Shown here in pieces: positions 10,641 to 20,000 of a DNA stretch of 20,000 bases; within the stretch, counting starts at the first letter, position 1; each line of letters starts with the position of its first letter. The notes beneath the pieces are model-generated. The model had not been told where the DNA came from, did not search any database, and saw only the letters and a list, made by a program, of their open reading frames with translations. The DNA is from Proteromonas lacertae (lineage: Eukaryota): positions 106,312 to 126,311 of the forward strand of contig NGBS01000315.1 of assembly GCA_002245135.1 (NCBI GenBank), read 5' to 3'. Made by a program: the position numbers and the translations under genes.

Positions 10641-12450
10641 TCAGGATAGAAAATATGATAATTTGTAAGAATTTTTGCTGCATCTCTGATGTGACAAATT
10701 GTCATAAACAAAATATGAGTTTGGCATATGATACATAGGGCATTTATCATTATATACATACTCCCCATCATAATTTACATATTTTTCAATTATCTTAATA
10801 ATCCTCTTTGTTAGTAATTTTAAGTAAAATAAACTAAAATGATTTGAGTCGGAGTATATTGGTTGATAATTATAGTAATATAGGCATTTTTTATCGTTAA
10901 TAATGCTTTCATCCCATAATCTCACAACATCTATTCTGCTATTATTCGGTTCTATAAATTGTTGAGGTATTATACATGTTTTATTTATCTCCCCAAAGCA
11001 ATTATCATTGTTTTTATCCAAACATGAATTCGGATCAACTGTATGATAAGGATTATCATTAATTAATATTAATCTATCACACATTGTTGTTACTTTAATT
11101 GCTGTATTATAAATATTTAATAATGATACTTTTTCATCAATACTATTCCCTAACATACATAATTTAAAATGATATTTCTCCTTTATTTGATAAATATTTA
11201 TTCATTATTTGATTATTATAAGAATATCTATGAATAAATATATGCAGTAGTTGGTATTTGAATCTATACTCACTTTTTAATACAGCTATTATATACTGTT
11301 CAATATGAGAATCACCAATAAATAAAATTGATGATTTATATATTCTTGATTTATCATTCAAGCAACAATAACTTCTTTGATATATAATAAACTCACCCAT
11401 AAGCTCTGCAGTAGTGTAATGTTTAATATTTCTTAATTTGGTATTTGTTTGTTTATTTAGATTTTTAATTAGCATATAAGCATAAACGATAAACAATAGA
11501 GACATAATGTAAGTTAATCTATCTGATAGAATGAAATATCCTTTATAAAAAGGTTTCTCTACTACATTATAGGATAATAATACACATATTATCAATGAGA
11601 TATAGTAATTCAGAAATGAACTTTTAACAATAGTTTTGAGAGGAAAATGAATCAAATATATTGAATAAGATAAATTTCCAATGAAAGAAATTACATTACT
11701 AGTAATAAGTGAATTTCTTTCAGATGAACATAACACACATAAACTAAGAATAACTGGTAAAACTACATTATAGCTAGTCATAAATATTATAGATATATTT
11801 GGATAATAAAATATGCTATACTTATCTATAGAAGGTATATATCTTATCATTGCACCTAAGAGAAATTCCCAAGAACGACTAGAAAGAAAAAAATATCCTT
11901 TATTTCGATTATAAGTTCCATAATATACACATACAATCAATGAAAATATTGATATTATTATATATATAACAATAACATTACTAAATAACATCCATATAAT
12001 AACTGGAGCAACAATATAGAATTGTTCTTCTAACGATAATGACCAATAATGAAGAAGAGGACTTTCTTTTAACCCAGTATGAAAATAATCTACTTTATTG
12101 AAGTAGAAATTGTAATTTGCATATATTAATAAGCTGGCTTTTGCATCATTTCTATATATAGAAAAATAGGTGAAATCATATTTGTATGTATAAAAAGTAA
12201 CTGCCATTAGTGTTAATAATGAAGCTGGTAGTAATCTTCTTAATCTTGCAGAATAGAATGTTATATAAAATCTATTCTTTTGATTGTTTATTCTATCTTC
12301 TATTGAATAACATACCAAGAATCCTGATAAAACAAAGAAAATATCTACACCAATAAACCCTCCCGATATTATTTTTGGATAAAGATGATAAAATAAAACA
12401 AATAAAACAGCAATTCCTCTTAATCCTTGAATATCATGTCTAAAATTCAT
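10641..12450 (-). CDS. OafA/YrhL-like O-acetyltransferase (Acyl_transf_3 membrane domain + SGNH domain), split by a 1-nt frameshift at ~11166
   Basis: FRHDIQGLRGIAVLFVLFYH, GGFIGVDIFFVLSGFL, RLRRLLPA, PLLHYWSLSLEEQFY, IGNLSYSIYLIHFP, LSYNVVEKP, and SGNH block I ILFIGDSH. Deleting one base from the T4 run (A 11166..11169 on the + strand) joins ORF 11164..12450 to 10641..11156 (SFKLCMLGNS...VYDNLSH). Confidence 0.88.
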
Positions 12451-12662
12451 TTCTACTATTACAATATTTCATATTAATAAATTAAGTCTTCTTTCACTGT
12501 GTTCTTATCATTAATATTATTTATTCAAACAATATGCAACATATAACACACAATGGTTCACCATTTCCACAGCATAATCGATTATTATATCAAATTAATT
12601 ATATGTTACATATTAACAACACCTTTTAACACTAATATTATTACTAAAAACTTATCATTTTA

Positions 12663-13478
12663 TATATCACATATAATTCATCATTTTATATCTCTTTCAT
12701 TGGTTTCTCACACTCTTACTATTCTTTTCTTTCTAACAGTCTAATATATACATGCTCATATCATTTCATCCAACATTCTATTATTATATACATCAAAATC
12801 TACATACACTTATTTTCATTCAATAGATTGAAAATCAGAAAATTCTAAGAATTTCATCAAGCCTAATGATTATTCAAACCCAATAAACAAAGAAATTCTA
12901 TTTTTGTGATTTACTCTGAAGTATATTGGTGAAATGATGTGTATTTCGATGATGGTGATAATGATGAAATATGTGACTATGTATAGAATAGATGATAATA
13001 TTTGGTATAATTGTAAAAGTGAGTGAAAGGTAATATTAGAATTATATAAAATGAAAGATAAAAAAGTGAAATCTAATGTTTAATGGTTTATTGTAGTATA
13101 GTGTTCAAAAATTGTGTGTAAGTTGTTTTTGAACAGTTTAAAAGCTGTGTATGATGATAATATGATAATGTGAATATGGTGTGAGTGTGAATGTGATGAA
13201 TATATGATTGTGTAGAGTAATAAAAGTGAAAATAAGAATATATTCGAGAAAATTCTGAGAAAAGAATCAAGCCAAATATATTCTAAGAATATTTTATTTA
13301 TAAAAATCAAGATGAATTAATGTATGTTGAAATATAGTGAAAAAAATGATATAGAATTGTATGTGATGAAATTATAATGAAAATTCAATCCCAAATATAT
13401 CTCAAGCCAAGAAATAAAGAAATGTTTTATTTGTGGTTATTATGAACTATATTGCTGAAATATAGTGTAATTAGATAA
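12663..13478 (+). repeat. Dispersed non-coding element A, copy 2 (~0.8 kb)
   Basis: Direct repeat of 9479..10297 with substitutions and small indels. Confidence 0.92.
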
Positions 13479-14001
13479 TCATGTGAGTGAAAAGTATGTT
13501 AGAGTTATCTGATGGAGTATGATGATCAAAGTTGTATGTAATAATAATTAGCATCTAATTGTTGATTAAGATATTCAGTTTATGTGTTTGATCATCACAA
13601 TATTTCGTCAATCTATCATATTTTTTTTTTCAATTATTTTATTTCTATTGTTGTAATATTTATGCAATAATAATAATCATGTAATAATTGATATTCTTTT
13701 CTACTTAATCTATAACTTATGACTTTATATTTTATTACATCATAATGTGATAAATCTGCAAAAAAATCTAACATATTGTGTTTATACAATTGGTATATAT
13801 ATCATCTCAATAACTTGATACAAAATTCTACTTGATTTTGATTGCAAATCATCAAGAAAATAAAAGAATGTTCATCCTCTTTATTTTAAATTGATTTTGA
13901 TAAATTATTTTTATTTAATATACTTGGTTTTATTTTTCTAATTTGATTCTTAATATTTCTTGATTTTTTGAATTATTTTATAAAATTAAATTATTAAATA
14001 A

Positions 14002-15039
14002 TTAATTTTTAATTTTAATTATATTATCATTCTTATCAAATTTTATTTTATCATTGTCATGATTCTTTTCTACATAGTAATACTTCACATATTCACATAA
14101 TCTACAAATAGTAAATGAATAATCAACATCAAATCTATCATACCATTCTTTACTATATGAATTTGTCCAAGATATATACTCATGTAATATTTTATCATTA
14201 TCTTTAATTGAAACTATATATTTCATCATATCATCATAGTTTTTATAATCTCCACTGAATATTACTGATTTTTTATTAGGAAAATACAAATGAGAATTTC
14301 TTGGACCAAAATATATAGGAATTGAACCAACTTTAAAACAATCCAACAATTTCTCTGTTACATAATAATCATCAATTTCATTTGAATGTATTTTACCCCA
14401 TTTAACACTATGAATTGAATTTTCTATTGCTATACAAAATTTATATTTTTTAAGCAAGTCAATTTTATCTTTTGAATATGGATTATTGAATGCTGAGCCA
14501 TATTTATCAACATTCAAGTAATTATTTATTAATTCTATTATCTTGTTTCTATTTCTATATTTTTTACCATATACTGCCACACCAGCTGTTTTTCTTAATG
14601 AGAATGGATAGTCTTTCAAAGCCTTTATAGCTGATTTAATTATACTACTAGCATTATGACCTGTGAAATATGTCATAGCAAAATTGTGTTTTGTATAATA
14701 CAATCGATAAGTAACTGCAAACTGAAAATCTTTATCTTGACCTTCTGATATTCTATAACTTCTAGGCCATCTTTGTTGTGGTTCTAGATTCACATCAATA
14801 TTTAAGCTGTTATGTTCATGTTGTTTGTAGTAATTGAACAAATCACTATACATATATCCTGTTGAGTTTTTATTATTATTTTCAGCTATTTCACACACTA
14901 CATTATAAGGACAATTTTGTTTTGACACATATATTGAAAACCAATGAAAGAAACTACTTCTAATATTCAACACAATATGTGTAGGATGACTCTTACTAAG
15001 TATAGAAATAATAAACAAAAGTAATATAGAACAATTCAT
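14002..15039 (-). CDS. Glycosyltransferase family 10, alpha-1,3/4-fucosyltransferase-like (345 aa)
   Basis: Canonical GT10 motif KYKFCIAIENS...DYYVTEKLLDCFKVGSIPIYFG, plus VDKYG, NLEP and VTYRL. Hydrophobic N-terminal signal/anchor; uninterrupted ORF. Confidence 0.92.
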   Translation of the reverse strand: MNCSILLLFIISILSKSHPTHIVLNIRSSFFHWFSIYVSKQNCPYNVVCEIAENNNKNSTGYMYSDLFNYYKQHEHNSLNIDVNLEPQQRWPRSYRISEGQDKDFQFAVTYRLYYTKHNFAMTYFTGHNASSIIKSAIKALKDYPFSLRKTAGVAVYGKKYRNRNKIIELINNYLNVDKYGSAFNNPYSKDKIDLLKKYKFCIAIENSIHSVKWGKIHSNEIDDYYVTEKLLDCFKVGSIPIYFGPRNSHLYFPNKKSVIFSGDYKNYDDMMKYIVSIKDNDKILHEYISWTNSYSKEWYDRFDVDYSFTICRLCEYVKYYYVEKNHDNDKIKFDKNDNIIKIKN

Positions 15040-16870
15040 GATATATTATCATGAAAATTTGTATTTTATTAATTACATCCATATAATTCTACATTCTTTA
15101 CTAAAAATTCATATATTGATAATTTAGATTTATAATAAGCAATTCCACTAAATGAACTAGATGATGTTAAAAACAATATTTTACATTCTGATAATATATG
15201 AGCTTCAACAACAGAATATATAAATCCATCTGTTACTCTTGAAGCAGATCCTCTGGAATAAACTTTCTCATGAATATCATTAACAACATATTCAAGATAT
15301 TTTGATTTATATTTCATTAATATCTCATTATCATCACTTGAAATATACCATTCTACATTTTTTAATTTCTTTGATATTTTTGTGGCATTTTGAATTGCTT
15401 CTTCTATTTGTTGATTATTTAAAAATGTCACTCCTCTATCATTCCATCCTTTGTGATTTGTTCTAAAATGAAATCCTATCAATAATTTATTCTTTGACAA
15501 CTTATTTGTTATTTTCATTATTTCATTTTCGACCAATTTTGATGGTTTGAAGAAGAATTTATATAAGAAATGTCTTATTTCAGTTGATTGTTTATCAATA
15601 ATATTCTTTGATCTTTCAGTTATTAATCCAGAATTCTTGAGTTTATTACCAAAATTACCATATTTTATAAATGATTCAGTCAAATCACAACATGTTAAAA
15701 ATTTCAAATGATCTTCATTTATTGAGGATATTTCTTTGAGTTGATTTTCATTAAAACAGGTTATATAATCAAAATATCTTCTACCACCATTAATAACGCT
15801 AGGAACATGAATTGTTGAAAGCGGAGTTGAGAAATATGAATCAAAAATATTCCAATTCTGTAACAATATTGCTCTATCACTCATCATTGACAAAAATGTT
15901 ACTCCAACAAGAGTTCGTAATTTATTTCCCATTCCACCACTTGGATGTTGATAATACACTAAACTTCGACTTTTTGTTTTATTTAACAAACCTTTTACCC
16001 ATTCTTTATGTTTTTCAGTATATAATGAAAAAAACTTTGGAGGTGTATTGTAAGGGTTGTTCTTTTTATCAACATTTGTATATTTTCTATTATTTGACTT
16101 TACTATTTTTGATATATGTAAAATTGGAATAAATAATATTAACAATGAACAAACAATAATATCTAGACATTTACTCATACAACTCTTTTATTCATATATT
16201 TATTATTAACACATTTTTCACATTTCATTTTTCAAAATAAATTATTCTATCTATTTCTAAAGAATTTATTTCATTAATATTCATACTCTCTACATTTAAA
16301 TAATAAGCAACTTCAAAATACTATTAATGTAAATTTGTCATATACAATTCTATATCATTTTTTTCATTATATTTCAACATACATTAATTCATCTTGATTT
16401 TTATAAATAAAATATTCTTAAAATATATTTGGCTTGATTCTTTTCTCAGAATTTTCTCGAATATATTCTTATTTTCACTTTTATTACTCTACACAATTAT
16501 ATATTCATCACACTTACACTCATATCATATTCACATTATCATATTATCATCATACACAGCTTTTAAACTGTTCAAAAACAACTTAGATACAATTTTGAAT
16601 CACTATACTACAATTAAACATTAAACATTAGATTTCACTTTTTTATCTTTCATTTTATATAATTCTAATATTACCTTTCACTCACTTTTACAATTATACC
16701 AAATATTATCATCTATTCTATACATAGTCACATATTTCATCATTATCACCATCATCGAAATACACATCATTTCACCATTATACTTCATAGTAATCACAAA
16801 AATAGAATTTCTTTGTTTATTGGGTTTGAATAATCATTAGGCTTGATGAAATTTTTAGAATTTTCTGATT
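14867..16870. repeat. Inverted repeat 2, left arm
   Basis: Reverse complement of ~17351..19303. Near-identical over the genes, more diverged within element A; degenerate similarity extends out to ~14640. Confidence 0.93.
15069..16178 (-). CDS. Fucosyltransferase of the alpha-1,2/alpha-1,6/O-FucT superfamily (GT11/GT23/GT37/GT74-like), type II membrane protein (369 aa)
   Basis: N-terminal TM, SGGMGNKLR, motif I LIGFHFRT, motif II WYISSDD, motif III EAHILSECKILFLTSSSSFS. The exact family and linkage cannot be resolved by eye. Confidence 0.82.
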   Translation of the reverse strand: MSKCLDIIVCSLLILFIPILHISKIVKSNNRKYTNVDKKNNPYNTPPKFFSLYTEKHKEWVKGLLNKTKSRSLVYYQHPSGGMGNKLRTLVGVTFLSMMSDRAILLQNWNIFDSYFSTPLSTIHVPSVINGGRRYFDYITCFNENQLKEISSINEDHLKFLTCCDLTESFIKYGNFGNKLKNSGLITERSKNIIDKQSTEIRHFLYKFFFKPSKLVENEIMKITNKLSKNKLLIGFHFRTNHKGWNDRGVTFLNNQQIEEAIQNATKISKKLKNVEWYISSDDNEILMKYKSKYLEYVVNDIHEKVYSRGSASRVTDGFIYSVVEAHILSECKILFLTSSSSFSGIAYYKSKLSIYEFLVKNVELYGCN

Positions 16871-17040
16871 TTCAATCTATTGAATGAAAATAAGTGTATG
16901 TAGATTTTGATGTATATAATAATAGAATGTTGGATGAAATGATATGAGCATGTATATATTAGACTGTTAGAAAGAAAAGAATAGTAAGAGTGTGAGAAAC
17001 CAATGAAAGAGATATAAAATGATGAATTATATGTGATATA
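16342..17040 (-). repeat. Dispersed non-coding element A, copy 3 (inverted, lacks the distal ~120 bp)
   Basis: Reverse complement of ~12663..13361, e.g. gatgaattatatgtgatat at 17021..17039. Confidence 0.92.
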
Positions 17041-17350
17041 TATTTAACATGTCAACAGTAGCATAGGGCAGTTTAAAATATTTTATTTATTAAAAATAAC
17101 ACGCATGTTAATAAATAGTAATGAAAATGAATATGGCTTTTCTTTGTTGCTGTATTATTCAATACCAAAAATGAGAGATAATTTTAAGCAGTTGTAAATA
17201 CGTATTATTTTAGTTTTATATTTGGAAGTAGATATAGAAAAGAAAAATAAAGTGAAATTATTATCTATTTAAGATTATTATTGTAATATAAATTCAAATT
17301 ATATCTATTTTAATTTATCACTAAGTAATTTGTTATTGGTATGTTTTAAG

Positions 17351-17826
17351 AATCAGAAAATTTGAAAATTTTAAGAATCTTATCAAGCCAAATAATTATT
17401 CAAGCCCAAGAAACAAAGAAATTCTATTTTTGTGATTACTATGAAGTATATTGGTGTAATGATGTGCATTTCGATGATTGGTGTAATTGTAAAAGTGAGT
17501 GAAAAATAATATTAGTATTACATAAAATGAAAGATAAAAAAGTAAAATCTAATGTTTAATGGTTTATTGTAGTATAGTGATCCAAAATTGTATCTAAGTT
17601 GTATTTGAACAGTTTAAAATCTGTGTATGATAAAATGAATATGATGTGAGTGTGAATGTAATGAATATATGATTGTGTGGAGTAATAAAAGTGAAAATAA
17701 GAATATATTCGAGAAAATTCTGAGAAAAGAATCAAGCCAAATATATTATAAGAATATTTTATTTATAAAAATCAAGATGAATTAATGTATGTTGAAATAT
17801 AATGAAAAAAATGATATAGAATTGTA
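17351..17826 (+). repeat. Dispersed non-coding element A, copy 4 (partial, internal deletions)
   Basis: Matches the copy 1/2 core from aatcagaaaatt to gatatagaattgtat, with more divergence. Confidence 0.88.
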
Positions 17827-17991
17827 TATGACAAATTTACATTTAATAGTATTTTGAAGTTGCTTATTATTTAAATGTAGAGAGTATGAATATTAATGAA
17901 ATAAATTCTTTAGAAATAGATAGAATAATTTATTTTGAAAAATGAAATGTGAAAAATGTGTTAATAATAAATATATGAATAAAAGAGTTGT

Positions 17992-19101
17992 ATGAGTAAA
18001 TGTCTAGATATTATTGTTTGTTCATTGTTAATATTATTTATTCCAATTTTACATATATCAAAAATAGTAAAGTCAAATAATAGAAAATATACAAATGTTG
18101 ATAAAAAGAACAACCCTTACAATACACCTCCAAATTTTTTCATTATATACTGAAAAACATAAAGAATGGGTAAAAGGTTTGTTAAATAAAACAAAAAGTC
18201 GAAGTTTAGTGTATTATCAACATCCAAGTGGTGGAATGGGAAATAAATTACGAACTCTTGTTGGAGTAACATTTTTGTCAATGATGAGTGATAGAGCAAT
18301 ATTGTTACAGAATTGGAATACTTTGATTCATATTTCTCAACTCCGCTTTCAACAATTCATGTTCCTAGCGTTATTAATGGTGGTAGAAGATATTTTGATT
18401 ATATAACCTGTTTTAATGAAAATCAACTCAAAGAAATATCCTCAATAAATGAAGATCATTTGAAATTTTTTTAACATGTTGTGATTTGACTGAATCATTT
18501 ATAAAATATGGTAATTTTTGGTAATAAACTCAAGAATTCTGGATTAATAACTGAAAGATCAAAGAATATTATTGATAAACAATCAACTGAAATAAGACAT
18601 TTCTTATATAAATTCTTCTTCAAACCATCAAAATTGGTCGAAAATGAAATAATGAAAATAACAAATAAGTTGTCAAAGAATAAATTATTGATAGGATTTC
18701 ATTTTAGAACAAATCACAAAGGATGGAATGATAGAGGAGTGACATTTTTAAATAATCAACAAATAGAAGAAGCAATTCAAAATGCCACAAAAATATCAAA
18801 GAAATTAAAAAATGTAGAATGGTATATTTCAAGTGATGATAATGAGATATTAATGAAATATAAATCAAAATATCTTGAATATGTTGTTAATGATATTCAT
18901 GAGAAAGTTTATTCCAGAGGATCTGCTTCAAGAGTAACAGATGGATTTATATATTCTGTTGTTGAAGCTCATATATTATCAGAATGTAAAATATTGTTTT
19001 AACATCATCTAGTTCATTTTAGTGGAATTGCTTATTATAAATCTAAATTATCAATATATGAATTTTTAGTAAAGAATGTAGAATTATATGGATGTAATTA
19101 A
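17992..19101 (+). pseudogene. Frameshifted inverted copy of the 15069..16178 fucosyltransferase (pseudogene or consensus error)
   Basis: ATG at 17992, TAA at 19099..19101. Near-identical to the left copy but with about seven small indels at T-runs; explains ORF fragments 18095..18406 and 18508..19002. Confidence 0.85.
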
Positions 19102-19130
19102 TAAAATACAAATTTTCATGATAATATATC

Positions 19131-19470
19131 ATGAATTGTTCTATATTACTTTTGTTTATTATTTCTATACTTAGTAAGAGTCATCCTACACATATTGTGT
19201 TGAATATTAGAAGTAGTTTCTTTCATTGGTTTTCAATATATGTGTCAAAACAAAATTGTCCTTATAATGTAGTGTGTGAAATAGCTGAAAATAATAATAA
19301 AAATTCAATAAGTAATATGTTGAATTACTGTCGACCTAAATATCGAAGAACCATAACAAAGATGGTTATGATAAAGATTTTCAGTTTGCAATTACTTATC
19401 GATTATATTATACAAAACGCAATTTTGCTATGACATATTTTACATGTTATATTGCTAAGCAGTTTAATTA
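19131..19470 (+). pseudogene. Truncated, degenerate 5' copy of the GT10 fucosyltransferase
   Basis: First ~58 codons identical to the ORF starting at 15039. After 19303 there are deletions and substitutions, and similarity is lost by ~19470; the catalytic motif is absent. Confidence 0.88.
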
Positions 19471-20000
19471 TGTAAAATAAGAAGATGTAGAAAGAAAGTT
19501 AAATCTCATTCACTTTCAAAATGCAATTAAAAAATTGATATTGTTATATATATTTATGGAAATTTCTTTCATAAATGAATGATATAACTTATAATACTAT
19601 TTCTAATAACATTTTGTATAAAACATTATATAAACAATAGCTATTTATATGCATAGGCGTATAGGAATATTGAATTTTTGTTGTTTATAATACAATCTAT
19701 AATAGTATAGTAATATTAATACTAATATTTGGAATTTTCTCAAAACATAAAAAGAATAGTATAATGTATGATTCTATTTCTACTGAACACCAATCACTTT
19801 CTGTTATATTATATTTATCAATTATAACCTTTTCAATATAATTAGTAGTACCTATACTTATCATCTTTTCAGTACTTACTTTTGTATAAACATTAATAAA
19901 ATCAATAATAATAATATAGATAAAACTATCAATAAGAAGGAAAATAATATTGACATCATTTATTTAATACTTTGTTAGAACCAAATTATATTTTATCTTT

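Larger units (their letters stand above)
17351..19303. repeat. Inverted repeat 2, right arm
   Basis: Reverse complement of 14867..16870, with a ~480 bp spacer. Confidence 0.93.

Noticed and set aside
9479..13478. LTR retrotransposon (direct repeats as LTRs)
   Set aside because: No gag/pol, PBS, PPT, TG..CA ends or TSD were seen, and the same repeat occurs inverted and partial elsewhere.
14995..15080. Splice fusion of the two fucosyltransferases into one bifunctional enzyme
   Set aside because: The GT donor just before the stop does not reach an in-frame AG among the nearby acceptors, and GT10 has its own signal/anchor.
9899..16624. Repeated short ORFs (9899..10207, 13080..13310, 13088..13270, 16394..16624, 12553..12744) as a small protein family
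   Set aside because: They lie within element A, mostly use non-ATG starts, have low-complexity I/F/H/Y composition, and the frame is disrupted in copy 4.
15812..18299. ORFs 15812..16132 (+) and 18117..18299 (-); also 9127..9375 and 6774..6977
   Set aside because: Antisense shadows of real genes or chance ORFs in AT-rich spacer DNA.
1..20000. Prokaryotic origin, CRISPR array or tRNA genes
   Set aside because: Spliceosomal introns and a Pol III-type 5S indicate a eukaryote. No regularly spaced short repeats or cloverleaf sequences were seen.

Overview
Very AT-rich eukaryotic DNA, most like a low-GC Blastocystis/opalinid-type gut stramenopile (inferred from 28-35 nt GT-AG introns, a eukaryotic 5S rRNA, an Ig-like/HormR surface-protein family and TGTTTGTT-like motifs just behind stop codons). 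It looks like a rearrangement-prone, possibly subtelomeric region. Contents: (1) a 5'-truncated three-exon gene (<1..4935, >1600 aa) joining three ORFs into one Crinkler/RHS-type protein with a PD-(D/E)xK nuclease, a Cys cluster, a P-loop NTPase and a possibly degenerate USP-like C-terminus; (2) a 1557-bp-arm inverted repeat (5088..6644 / 7044..8600) carrying two identical divergent 5S rRNA genes and the 3' end of an Ig-like/HormR membrane-protein pseudogene; (3) an intronless glycan-modification cluster on the minus strand: OafA-like acyltransferase-3/SGNH (one frameshift), a GT10 alpha-1,3/4-fucosyltransferase and an alpha-1,2/1,6-type fucosyltransferase; (4) a second ~2 kb-arm inverted duplication copying the fucosyltransferase pair in damaged form; (5) four copies of an uncharacterised 0.5-0.8 kb non-coding element, one 5' of each gene cassette. 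All calls come from reading the sequence by eye; no database searches were run.
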